Below are positions 43,791 to 57,289 of a stretch of DNA of 64,000 bases, in pieces. The number at the start of each line of letters is the position of its first letter. Within the stretch, counting starts at the first letter, position 1. The stretch comes from Chrysomallon squamiferum (taxonomy: Eukaryota; Animalia; Mollusca): NCBI GenBank assembly GCA_012295275.1, contig CM022667.1, positions 10,664,001 through 10,728,000 of the forward strand, read 5' to 3'. Position numbers and translations under genes: made by a program. The notes beneath the pieces were generated by a model. It was given only the letters and a program-made list of their open reading frames with translations. It had not been told where the DNA came from and searched no databases.

Positions 43791-44309
43791 AATATATAAT
43801 AACTAATTATGATAAACAATTTAGACAAACTAGCTAGTTTACATTTTGATAAATGTCCATTATACACAAGTACTCCTGAACTTCACTGAAATTTTCATCC
43901 CACTCATTTTATATTTTATCTCATCTACTTAGTCAAGTGTCCATTACAGACAAGTTTAACAAAACACCAGACACTTTTAAATGAGCTATAAAAAAAGAAG
44001 AAAAACCCATTCTGTCCACTTTAACCAACATGTCCTTTATAGTTCTGTACTCTCAACCTCATCATTTCATCTGTTTACCCTTTTTACTGCACCACAACAA
44101 CTACAACAACAATAATGATGATGATGATGATGATGGCAGTTGAAGAGGGCATATGGTGCATAAATCCCAGACAAAAATCTTGAGCCATTTTTCTTCTTCT
44201 TCTTAAAAAAATACAAAACAACAACATACACACACACAAAAAAAAAAAAAAATCCATCCAACAACCTTAAGTGGCCTTCTTATCAATATACTTTTATTAA
44301 CTGTACTCA

Positions 44310-44465
44310 TTTGTCGTGACCCGAAACTATTTCTGCGGAGCCCCATTTCGTCTCGGGTTAAAAAGATGGCGTGTGATTATGCCCCAACTTTTTTTTTTTT
44401 TTTTTACCCCCTTTCAATATTTAGCCTGAGTCGTCTCCTCCCCCCCTCTCTCAATCATCCGTTCA

Positions 44466-44505
<40 letters not shown>

Positions 44506-44900
44506 CGACACAAGGGTCTCTGACACTATATAAATTTCCAGTTCTGGGGTCGTGCTTTCTCGCCTTTTCTGATATTTCGCGATCGGCGTAACTCAATCAA
44601 TTCCAATTACAAAATGATAACGAGCAGCGTTGCGAAGGAAGCAGAGACGGCAGCAACGTCTAAACGTTTTTGTTGAACGAGTGCTCTGCCTCATGCCAGA
44701 TATTCGCCTAATTCGATTACATCATGGGTGCAAATGATAACTCGCACATTCAGCGCCATCTTGAGTATCTCAAGAGGCAAGGGCAGGTAATCAAAGAACC
44801 AGCGGCAGCACCAAAGGGTTAAGCTCTTGAGTTTACAGAGTTTCTGATTTTTCAGCCTGATGAACTCTTCAGGGAAGCAAATCATACTTTGAGTTGCGAG
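44310..44900 (+). promoter_or_regulatory. CpG-rich promoter-like island
   Basis: AAGATGGCG 44363-44371 and CGCCATCTT 44754-44762 (YY1 consensus), TATATAAA 44527-44534, high CpG density. Confidence 0.4.
44724..44822 (+). CDS. Candidate small ORF or first coding exon (MGANDNSHIQRHLEYLKRQGQ|VIKEPAAAPKG*)
   Basis: ATCATGG Kozak context; phase-0 CAG|GTAATC donor after 44786; no homologue recognised. Confidence 0.12.
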   Translation: MGANDNSHIQRHLEYLKRQGQVIKEPAAAPKG

Positions 44901-45245
44901 CAGGGTGATGGTCCAGTGGTTAGAGAGGTTGTTGTGTGAGTTTTTTTCATGACTTGAGTAAATATGAATAAATGACCTGTAAAATAAATACGTATTTGTG
45001 ATAAATTGTAGAATATAAAATAAAAATAAATATAATTAAAATTTTTGAAAATTATGAGAATGGTGTGACAGTCTAGTGGTTAGAGTGATTAGTGTGTTAG
45101 TTTTGATAAATAAGAATGATTGAACTGTAAAGAAATACTTGCAGCAAACATTAACATATGAAAATTAATATAAATATAATTAAAATTTTAAAATAATAAT
45201 AATAAAAATACAGTGATAGTCTAGTGGTTAGAGAGATTGTGTAAG
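44900..45245 (+). repeat. Tandem repeat (about 150-160 bp x2.2) headed by a tRNA A-box-like motif
   Basis: GTGA(T/C)(G/A)GTC(C/T)AGTGGTTAGAG at 44905, 45065 and 45213; shared downstream CTGTAAA..AAATAC and TAAATATAATTAAAATTTT. Confidence 0.8.
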
Positions 45246-45965
45246 ATATATGCTATAAAAATACCTTTAATAAAATAACAGAATTCACCAAAAATGTTTT
45301 GTGCTCTTAGTTCTTTTGGTTCTTTTTATTCCATCATTTATCGTGCCCAGGTTTCTTATATTTCACCTTTTGTAACCCCTCCAAAAACCTTTACCCCTCT
45401 ATCTTATTCCCCCATATTTCCCTCATTTTTTTTCTCATGTCTCATTTTGTTTTCATTCCCATTTCTTAAAGGCCCAAGTTACTCACACACATCCCCCCCC
45501 TTTCATTTCTGTCCTCATCCTCTCACTCTCCCCCCACCGTCGGTGTTACAGATGAAATGACACATTCGGACCGAGTTTCTCAAGACTGTGTGTGTGTGTG
45601 TCCACTCTTAGTGGTCACTTTTGATTCGTGGTCTGATCTGCAGATAGCCATCAGGATATTGGCAATTTTATTTTAGACAGATAGAGGATATTTAGTCGTA
45701 TCAAGCGGGGGTCTTCGGTTCCTGGTCAGCAGACAGTTTGTGATGCCACATTCATTTGGCGCATAAAAAATCAATCTTTAATATAGCATCAGGGGTATTG
45801 CCGGGCAGAGTCAGTTAGGGTCAAATTCGCGGTGTAATTTTCGTGGTAAAAACCCATTGTTATATTGCTTTCTCGTTTCCCCCCCAATTCCCCCTCCCTG
45901 TGTTTTTCGAGTCTCGGAGAAAGCTGAAGCCGATAAGATGAGGAGGGTATGGAAATGAGGAAGAG

Positions 45966-46006
<41 letters not shown>

Positions 46007-46149
46007 TGTGCAGAATTTGTTTTTGATATGGTTCTGGTGTGGATGGGTTAGTGGGATGTGACTGATTTTAGTGATGAATTTGTTATGGTGCTTAATTTGG
46101 ACAGAAAGAGAGAGAGAAGGGCAGAGAGGGAGGGAAGGAGGGAAGGAGG

Positions 46150-46154
<5 letters not shown>

Positions 46155-46222
<68 letters not shown>
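46155..46222. repeat. (AG)n microsatellite
   Basis: Perfect AG run. Confidence 0.95.
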
Positions 46223-46226
<4 letters not shown>

Positions 46227-48389
46227 TGTTTCTAGTATGTTTTTAGAAATATTGGGTTTCTTAATATGAATATTTGTGGTATTGTGGTAGAGAGAGTGTA
46301 AGAGAAAGAATCTGGGAGTATCTGAGAAATATATATATATATATTGAGAGAGAGAGAGATAGAGATAGAGATATTGATATAATTAGCAAAAGAAACAAAC
46401 TGAGAACAAGTTTGAGACAACACAGTGAGGAATACATTTAATAAAAAAAATATGATCATGAGAGACAAACAAAAATAAACAGTGAAAAAGAAAAATTACT
46501 TCTAAATCAGAGAGAGACAGACAGACAGACAGACAGAGAGAGAGGGATAGAAAGAGAAAGAAAGTCAAAGATTGAGAGAATGAAAACAAGAGAGGAGAGA
46601 GAGAGAGAGAAGGAATGACTGAGTCTGGGGAAAGGAACAGAAAAGGTCAGAAATAGCGACTGATTAACAAGTATAATGAGAGAATGGAATGATTCTGAAA
46701 GCTGTGTGTAATTGTAGAAAGTGAGTTTGTGGTAGATCAATAAAGAATATTTAAACGGAGAAGGATTACTGGCAGTTTGTCTTAGATTCTTGAAATACTT
46801 CTGTTTCAGTAATTGAGTTTTATTCCATCTCCGTGGTATTATTAAAATGGAGTCTTTATCTCGCGTCTTTATTAAGCTAAAAACAATGTTGCTGCTGCTC
46901 GACAGTAAAAACGCAGACTGGGAGGGGGGGTGAGTGGACTGGGGGTGGGGGGGGGTAGGGAGTGAGAAAATGTTTGTGTTGTGGGTTAGGAGTGATTATG
47001 TTGGGGGGATTAGGAATGTGAAGGATGGGAATTTTTTTTTTTTTTAGATGGGGATGTTGCTTATGTAAGGAAACTGAGCATTGCTGGTAAATAAAAGAAA
47101 TTCTTGTGCGTTTGTTAGCTTTAGAATTTATGTGATTCTTCTTAATATATGAATTTAGCTGTTTTGAAGAGAGAGAGAGAGAGAGAGAGAGAGGAGAAAA
47201 ATTAAAGAAACGTTCATTTAAATAAAATAAAGTTCATTCTTTCTTTTCTTTCTTTCTTTCCTTCTTTCCTTCTTTAATTATTTTGCTAACTTTTCTTTTC
47301 TTTCTTAAATAATTTTCATTTTTCCTCTAGTATTTTTACGTCTGTGTTTATTTTAACAAATTTCTCATGGAGTACATTTCTGTAACATTTGTTTCAATTA
47401 GCGACTGTATAAGTTTCGGCTCTCAACTGTTTCTGTGCAAAAAGAATGGTGGGGGGGGAATGATCTGCAAGCCATCAAGTTATTTTTCAAAGACAAACAA
47501 TTCTTGCAGCAATATGCCAAAGAATGTCATTTCCAACATCTGCAAGAAAAAGCTTATCAAAGGAGAACTCCAGTTGCTGGCTAAACTTATAACGTTACAT
47601 AACTCAAAACCCTGGTAAAAATAATTCCAAACACATTTCTTCCAACAGAGTCGCCCCGCAAATTACTAAGGTGGTTTTCAGCCTCCTCCTACCTGTTTGT
47701 TGGAGAGGGGGGAGAGAGAGAGGGCGTGGGGGAGGGTATCAATGCACTGGTCCTCTGTTTACTTTTAATTGGAATCACACTTATCCAGCCGGAAGAAAAA
47801 TCTGGAAAGATTTAGACATCTGTGGCATATTGAAAACATAACCGACTCTTAATAATTTACTAAAGTATTTATTTTTTTTATCATAACCAGGAGTAGAGAT
47901 TTTTTTTTTGATTTCTTTCTTTCTCTCTCCTGCTCTTTTTTCTTTCTGGTCTCTCTCGCTCTCTCTCTCGCCTTCAAGAGATTATATATATGGACATCAA
48001 AGCCCTGTATAATATATTATCCTGGCGATTGTGTTTCGTTGTGGTAAGTGTGCGAAACAGCTGTCAGGTTTTGAGTGCAGAAATAACGGGCAAAGTTTCT
48101 CAAAATATTATCTATCGGCTGGGTTTCATTTTCAAACATCAGTTTTGAACTAATTTTTTTTTTTTTTTTTATTTTTTTTTTAAAAAGGGTACAGATGAAG
48201 AAAATATACTTTTTGTTGCAGATATGAAAGGAAACAAATTGAGGAAAAAGATTTTTTTTTCTCCAACCCACATGTGATCTTTGAGAATTCTTCACCCCCA
48301 GCACATTGTTTGATTTATATTGCTCCCACATGCAGATTTGAAATACAGACACACCTGCCTATATGTATATAACTACATGCCTACTGCAT

Positions 48390-48600
48390 ACACACATACA
48401 AACACACACACACACACACACATACATTTATACATATAAACACATACATACATACACACACACAAACATACATGCATTCTTACACACATACATACTTACA
48501 CACATATATAAACACATAAACTCATACATACATACATACATAAATGCATACATGCATATTCATGTACTTACATACATACATACATACATACACAAACATA
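48390..48600. repeat. (CA)n/(CATA)n tract
   Basis: Low-complexity repeat. Confidence 0.9.
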
Positions 48601-49324
48601 TTGAAAGCATACATATTAATAAATTCTTACATAATAAATAATTATGTATAAAATAATATATCTATGTGTGTGTTTGTGTTTGTAACTATATACACACACA
48701 CACACAGGTACAAACACTTAAAATCACACATTTCATAAATGTACAGAACAATAAAAAAACTATATAAAAGATATATTTATGTACTTGTTCTCAAAATAAT
48801 CACACTAAATTGTAAAAACGACAAGAATAAAAAAATATAATAATAATAATTTTTTTTTTTTTAAAAAACATTCTAAGATGAAAGATAGAAACTGATATTC
48901 AGAGAGAACTTTTGATGTCTGATATGCAAGTTTTACTACGAAATAGGTATATAAATATGATTTCGCTGGGTAAAAAAAGTCCACGCTGACAGGTATAGAA
49001 TATTTTATTGCTGTGTTTATTGCATTCATATCTCGTATAGTATGAAATTGTCAAATGAGCAAGAGATTGTTTTTGTCATTGAAACAAGTCATTTCCTATA
49101 AATCAGAAAGAAATATATTTTAGAGGGTTTTTAATTTTGTTTTTTTAGAAATGTATAAAATATAACAAAACTGTTGTCGAGTTTAAAAAAATAAATGGAA
49201 AGAATTGTGAATTTAAAAAAAATAAAATAAAATAAAAACCAATGAATTAAAATAAAAATAATAAATATCTGAGGTTTAAAAAATAAAAATGAAAGATCTG
49301 TGAAGTTAAAAAAAACAGAAACAA

Positions 49325-49355
<31 letters not shown>

Positions 49356-50139
49356 AAATAAAAACAATGAATTAAAATAAATATAAAAAATGAAAAGACT
49401 TAATTTAAAAAATATTAATAAAATACAAAAAAAAAAATAATAATAACAAAGAAACAAATAAAACAAAACTAACAATGGACAAAAATAAAAATAAAGATAA
49501 AATAATAAATACCTGAAATAATTAAAAAATTAAAACAGAACAAAAATAAAAATCAAAATACATAAAATACTATCATGAATTAAAATAAATTTAAATAAAA
49601 ATTAAATAGAAAACAAATTGTTGAGCTTATTTTATTTCTTATTCTTTTTCTTTGAAAAACAACTTTTAAATTTAAATACAATGAAATAATAAGCAATTGT
49701 GAATTAAATAAATAAAAACAAAATAAAATATTGTGATAAAATTTTTTTTTAAAAATGCAGAGTTTAAAAATGAAGCAAACATAAAACAACCATGAGTTTT
49801 CTACACAAATAAAAAATTATAAAAAATTAAATTTTTTAAAAAATTTAACATAAAGGACTGCACCTGTGGATCCTATGAAAATAATGATGCATGGCATGAG
49901 TAATATGAAATAAAACTGCTCTTTCTTTTTAAGTTTTCTTATGGCCTATTTGGGAGGTTTATGGTTTCCATACTTTGGCTGAAACACGCATGCACCTGCA
50001 AAGACTGAAACGAATGTTAGATGGATGGCCTGTGCTTTTAAAAGACATTCTGATGTTTTAGTGTGACGTTAACTCAACTTGTAATGTGTAGGAATGACGT
50101 TTTTGATGTTTAAACATTCGTATTTATATGTGTTTGTGT

Positions 50140-50140
<1 letters not shown>

Positions 50141-50211
<71 letters not shown>

Positions 50212-50250
50212 AGAGAGTGTGTGTGTATATGTGTGTGTGTGTGTGTATAT
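50141..50250. repeat. (AG)n-(TG)n compound microsatellite
   Basis: AG run then TG run. Confidence 0.93.
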
Positions 50251-50436
50251 GTGTGATTTTCTGTCTATGTTTAGCTCTCTCTATTAAATATATATATATA
50301 TTAATCTTTCATGAAATTCTTCATGTATGAAATTCCCATCTTTTTTTAAATGAATAAATTTTATTTATGTATGTGGTTGGCAATAACTATTGTGAAAATC
50401 ATTATTGTATATAGACAGATAAATGATGTATACAAG

Positions 50437-50467
<31 letters not shown>

Positions 50468-51191
50468 CTGTGTGTGTGTGTGAACAATTTACTTTCCCTT
50501 TTCTTTTGCAAACTCCTACGTTTTTCTTTCAATCTTTCTTTCTATATCACTTTTCTTTCATCTTCATTGTTTTTGTCTTTCATCATTTCTCCCTTCTTTC
50601 CTGCTATATTTATTTATTTTTCTTTCTTTTGTTCTTACTTTCTTTTCCTCTGTCTACATCTGGGTGCCCTTTTATTTACTCTGATATCAAATCTCTCAAA
50701 CGTTTCACAAAATTATAACAAATGAAAATAATATGTTTTACTTCATTTATCCTTCTTTCTCTGTTTCTTTCTTTCTATCATTCTGATATCTTTATTTCTC
50801 TCTGTCTTATTATGTTTTATTCTTTCTTTAACTATCTCTCTAATTTTTATTCTTCCTATTTTTCCTATCTCTCAATCTTTTTCTCACTATCTCTCACTCA
50901 CTGTCATTCTTCGTCTCCTTTCACTCTCTCTTTTTTCTCTCATTTTATTTTCCACCTTTCTTTCATATGAGTGCTTATGAATCTGCCTCCCCCCCACACA
51001 CACACACACATGCACACAGTAATGTATGTACTTGCATGTCTCTACTTGTTTTTATTATTCAGATTTTAAAACCAGGGACAAAAATATCATTTCCCATACT
51101 TCAATCTCTCTCTGTACTCTGTAAAGCATCTTGTGTAAAGCATCAGAGATATTAGTTCTCAATAATTCGTCTTCTCACATTAAATCATACA

Positions 51192-51206
51192 GGGTCACAG
51201 AGGTCA
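51192..51206 (+). promoter_or_regulatory. DR3-type nuclear receptor response element
   Basis: GGGTCA-CAG-AGGTCA, two perfect RGGTCA half-sites. Confidence 0.4.
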
Positions 51207-51761
51207 ACAACCTGAAATGATCAAGCTTAAAAGTCAACCATATTGGATTACATGAGGCCTTCAGTGGGATTTAATATTTAAATTTTAATTTGATAATGCT
51301 CTTCATTAAAAGAGAATTATTAAATTTTTGAAAAGCCTTTGATAATTTTTTTTTTTTTTTTTTTTTTTTTAATTAAAAATTTAATTTATTATAACAGAGA
51401 GCATGAAGATATGTAATAGTATTTTATATGAAAAGGGCCTCATTTGGGATTCAATATTGAATGTGAATAATTTTTTTTGAGAATAAATGGTTTGATAAAG
51501 AATTTCAGTTTCATGATTTAATGTTGAATTTGAACATTTATTGTAATTAGATTTCTTAAAATATATTTTTTAATACTGAGAGAGAGAGACACACGTACAC
51601 ACAGAGAGAGTAATAATATAAATTATCCCATTTTGATAATTTAATTTTTTCTCTCTCTGTCTCTTTGTATGTATCTGTACACAGCTTAAAGAGAAAGTTA
51701 AAAAATGAGACAATATCAGTGTTTCTTAATTTACTTTATATAAATTTACATTTATCAAATG

Positions 51762-51794
<33 letters not shown>

Positions 51795-52374
51795 ACGCAG
51801 GCACACACACACACACACACATACACTTCATCCTCACTTGGATTTTTGTTTACCCTAAACGTGCCTCAACGTTGCACCTGCAATGCCTGGCCAGATTTTC
51901 CCCATCAGAAAAATGATAATTAGTATGAAATGGTTTCTGTTTCAAGTTTTATTTGTCTGTGTACACCAAGAAGACAGACGCTGCCACGATGGTGATGTAG
52001 ATATTTAATAACTGGTGGGGTCAGCGATGTTGATGTTGATGTCTTAGATGAGAAATGAAATGGTCGATGGTCAGTGGTCAGTGGTCAGCTGATATCTGGT
52101 GCTGATATTATTTCAGATAAGAAATGGTCAGTGGTGGTCAGATGTAGATAATTGTTTTATGTCAGGACTGAAACGGTCAGTGTAAATTAGGAAAAGACAG
52201 TGGTCAGTTAATTGAAAGGTGGACATTAGGAGGCTTATCTCTCTGGCTTTGTTATATTATATTGTGTAGTTTAATTGTTTTATTTTATTTTTTTGTTTCT
52301 CTGTTTTCATAATAATTGTTGTTGGTATTATTGTTTATTATTATTGTTGTTGTTATTGACGCTATTTGTTATTC

Positions 52375-52406
<32 letters not shown>

Positions 52407-53538
52407 TTTTATTATTATTATTAAATACAGATTATTATCATTGTCATTATTATCTGTTTTAATTATTATCACTATAGTTGTTGCTGTTGTTGTTTATTGT
52501 TTATGTTGTCATCATAATGATCATTATGATTATCATCATCATCATCATCATCATAAAAACATGTAACATCAACATTCTTGAACACCCAGTTTTGCAGCAG
52601 TAACTCTACTACCCTTCCATCATTCATCCTCTTCCACATCCTTTTTATTTATGCTTTGTAATTAAGTGATAAATAAAAAAAAGCCCCCATCAAACAGGAA
52701 GCAGAAGACGAAGAAGAAGAAAAAGAAGAAGAATGTTTTATTTATACCTGACACCTAGAAAATGTCCCAGGAACTAGTTTAACCAGTGTACCAGTCAACT
52801 GGCTGCAGCACCAAATGGCTTCTGCCCCTCCCCCTCCCCCCCCCACAACAACATTTCTAATTAAACAGGTGGCTTATTTCTTAACTGTTTCTTTTTTTAT
52901 ATATATATATCTTCATGAACTCTGTTCCATTTTTTTTTTTTTTTTTTTTTATGATAATTTCTAAAAATTTCAACACTTTTTTTTTTTTTTTTTATCTCAT
53001 TGTTTTTGAAATCAAACGCCAAAGACACTGAGCTCTGTGAAGGGAGATGAATAATGGATGTCAAAAGATCTTTGAAACAGGCTGGGGTGCTTAATTAATT
53101 AACGGCCTGATTGTTAATTACTAGCAGTTTGATGAGTTTCTGTCATGACAACGAGATTTAGAAGTTTAATGAAGCATGGAGGATTGAACCCCTCCCCCTA
53201 AGTACACCCCCTTTGATACAACACCTCATGTATTATGTTGAGTGTGTTTTATTATATTTTTATTTGTTTTCTGACCAGGTTAATTAGTCCGTTGTTAATG
53301 TATAGTTAATTTTGGATCTGTGATTGTTTATATTATTCATTTGTTCTCTTGTTCACTTTGCAGTTCTTGGGGGGTTTTGTGGATTTTTTATTTTTTATTT
53401 ATATATATATTTTTTTGTCTTGTTGTTTTGTCTAATTGATTTATTTGTTTATATTTCTTTTTCTTGTTTTCTTCTTGGGGTTTATCTCTACATCTGTCCA
53501 GTTTTCATCTATCAGTTTATCTATTCATTTGTCTCTCA

Positions 53539-53576
<38 letters not shown>

Positions 53577-54427
53577 TTTGTCTGTCTGTCCATGTGTCTA
53601 CCTATCAACCTACACAGCTGTGAATTTATCTATGTACCTACCTATTTACCTGTCTGTCTATCCATCCATATGATTTAGTTCACACTCTTTCTCTGTGTGT
53701 TTTTACATCTATTATATATATTTATATATCTGTAATTTCATCTAAGCCTTCTTCTTTCTGCATATTTTTTTAATTGTTATATCTAATGTATTTATATCTT
53801 TCTGTTTCGCTCTCTGTATTCCCTAAATCTGACTGCATATCCACTATATCTATAAATATTGGTGATATATGTGTGTGTGTCTATATATATATTTATATAA
53901 GTATATATATACACACATACATATATCACCAACCTTCCATCTCTCTATTTCTGACTAATCTGTATCTTCTTCAAACAAAAAACCCCCTAAAAACAAATAA
54001 CTTTTCTGTACTCAATTACCGAAACATGTTCACGAAGGTATAACATTCAACACAACACACAGGTAACTGAAACACCTTTGTTTACCTTAGCTGTGACTCA
54101 ATCGAGTTTAAACTTACCTGTGAATCATAAACAAACCTTTCTCACAACACCTGCAGTTCAGTTATTAAAAACTCTAGATTGAGATGTGATGAGTTAAGGG
54201 ATAAAACCTCATCAGTGTCACCTCTTTTAATCAAAGGCTGTAGTATTTGTTTTACTGTCTCAGAGAAGGTGCATATAAAATACCACTTTTTGCTAATTTG
54301 GGAAAGAGTAACCTATGGAGTCCTATTTTATATTTATTTTTGTTTAATTTTTTTTTTTTTTAAATGTTTTTTTTTGTTTGTTTTTTTAAATTATCATAAT
54401 TTTAAACTATTTTTCATGTCCCTATCA

Positions 54428-54458
<31 letters not shown>

Positions 54459-54580
54459 TGTATTTTTCCGTCTGTGCGATTGATACACCTTTCTATAATT
54501 TTAGAAATTTATTAATAATCTTTTTTTTTTTTTTACCTTATGACATGTCTGTACTGGTTATTACTGATGTTATTTTTGTC

Positions 54581-54775
54581 CATTTATACCATTGATATTG
54601 CCTTTAAGACTACAGATATCAAATTTTCTTCATAAAAAAATCTTATTCTATTAATTTATACCATTGATATCCCTTTTATTATTATAATTATTAAATCTTC
54701 TTCAAATGGATGTGCTTTTGTTTATTTATATCATTGATATCTCTTTCGTTATTATTATTCTTATCAAATCTTCAT
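54581..54775. repeat. Tandem repeat, about 70-bp unit x3
   Basis: ATTTATA(C/T)CATTGATAT...AT(C/T)AAAT-TTC repeated at about 54582, 54654 and 54724. Confidence 0.8.
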
Positions 54776-57234
54776 TATTTTCTTTTTTTCTTTTTCTACA
54801 TATAAAATATCTCTAATTTCTGGCATTCATTATTATTGATGTCATTTTGTATTTGTCTCCTTTCTGATGCAAATACTTTTGATTATTTTCAGAGACCAAA
54901 GATTCATAAAAGCCAAACACCAAAGACCTCATCTATGTAAGTAATTGAGATCACGTACATAGAACGTACTTGTCACAGATCAAATGTCTTTATTATCATA
55001 TATTTAAATTCCTCCACCATTTTCTGCTCACCGTCTACATAAGAGCTTTTGTCTGGAGATTAAACTTAATGGCTTTATGTTGCATTCATACAAAATGACT
55101 TGTCGTAACAATTTAAAAAAAAAAAAATTATTTATTTATTTTTTAACAAAGTCCTAAAAAATGGAAATAGGCATCAATGTTTGTAACAGAGCCTGGGTTT
55201 ATTTGAAGATCATGAAAATAAAATTTGATTAGTTATTATATAACTCACTAAGCGTTTATCCTTAAAAAATTAAATAATAAGAAAAATAAACTGAAAATTA
55301 CAGTTATTTCAAACGTTTTTCTCCTGTAATTTTATTTGTTCAAAAATCACAATTTGTAATATAAAATACGACATATTCTGCAATAATATGTTTACAACAC
55401 AGATGGTCTTTAATTCAAAGTACAGTTTTAGTAGGTTCTACAAATCATGTAGTGTGTACACAGCTTAAAAGAATAAATTTTCATATTTGTTTAGAGCGAT
55501 TGTTATGTTTGTACAAAGCTAAAAAGGTTTCCATTTATTACTACTTACTAGATTAATTTAATTTGTCTTGAAGCTGTTGGTTTTAGTGAAGCAAGGAAGA
55601 AAGAAACTAAAAAAAAAAAAGAAGAAAAAAGAAAATGAAATCTTAGAGAACATTTATTTTTAATCATTAACTCAGTAATTATTTGGTCTGCCTTTTTCAG
55701 TTGTTTTTTTTATTTGGTTATTTTTGTCTTCTTTTTTTTTTTTTCCTTTTTTTCCCTTTTTTTTTATATATTCCTTAGTCATTTTATATGATTGTTTTTT
55801 TAGAGGGTTTGTTTGGGTTGTTGTTTTTTTTTTTTTTTTTAATTGTTTTTTTTTTTTTTTTTTTTCTTTATTGGGGTTATCTACTTTTATTCTTTTAGCA
55901 TCATATTTTCCTCCTTTCTTTTTCTTTCTTCTTACCATTTTTTCTTCTTTCTTTTTAAATATCATTTTGTTTTTTAAATTTATTTTAATATTATAAATTG
56001 TTACCTTTTTTCTTTTTTTTCATTCTATCTCTATTTTAATATTCATTGTTACCTTTTCTTTTTTCTTTTCATTTTCTTTATTTATAATAATTTTAAAAAG
56101 CAAATAAGCAACCAAGCAGACTAATAGAGTAAATAAATAAACAATCTAACTAAAGAAAGCGAGAAGGATAAAAGGAACAGTATTATAAATAACTAAATTA
56201 TAAATAAAAAATTGAATATATTAAAACTGCATTTTCATTACATAAAAAAATTAAAAAAAATAATAAAATAAATTGATATGCCATATGTTTTTAAAATTTA
56301 ATGTAGAGTTTATTTTGTTAATTTAAAAAATAAAATCAAAAACTAATTTAAAACTGTCATTCTGACATACTAGTAACAAAGATGAAGATGATAATAATTT
56401 GAAGAACACCAACACCTCCAACAACTACAACAACAGCAATAATAATAACAACAATACATGTAATATTAATAATAATAATGATAAACACTTTAAATTTAAT
56501 TCAGAGTAGATTTCATTTCTAAGTTTGAATTTCTTTTAAAAAAATTGAAAAGAAAATATTTTAAATTTAAACAGAAGTAAATTTTCTTTCAAATGCCTGC
56601 AGGTAAACAATTAAAATAAACTGTACACATTTCTGACCATCCTGTCACCATAGCGATGATAGAAAAAGGTGGGTAAACAGTATCTTTCTGTTTGCTGGAC
56701 CATCATTCCATTGATGTGAGGGGAGAGGGAGAGGAATGGGGGGGGGGGTCAAATAATCTTTGCTCCCAGTCCACAGATTTAAGCAAACAGTTTTTCATCT
56801 TTTTCACAAAAAGCTGTTTTTTCTCCCCACGATAACCAAATCCTCTTCTCTCCCCCAGCATAACCCCTCCCTCCAATATCCTTTGGCTCTCTCTGTGGGT
56901 CATGTTTGCTCTCTTCCCCTCCCCCCTCACAGTTCCATACCCCCCACCTCACCTGCCAGGTATGGATATGGTTTAAAAAACAGATTAGCGTTTTTCTCGG
57001 AGGAGTTGTTGTGTCAGTGGAGGAATTTCCAATTCTCCGAATATCAGAAAAACTTTGCAACTTGTTGAAAACAAAAGTGTGAGTAAATTATGTCCGGTAG
57101 TCTCTTGGCTTAGACGGTGAGGCTTGTTCAAACGGAGGGGGGGGGGTACAGAGGGACGCTGAGAGAAGCTAGGTAGTAAGCAGGGGACATTGTTATTGAT
57201 TTTTTTATTTTTTTTATTGATTTTTAATTTTTTT

Positions 57235-57289
<55 letters not shown>

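Noticed and set aside
26650-53560. Weak inverted similarity between the GATA/GACA tract (26650-26750) and the TCTG/TCTA tract (53495-53560)
   Set aside because: Low-complexity tetranucleotide repeats; flanks are not collinear
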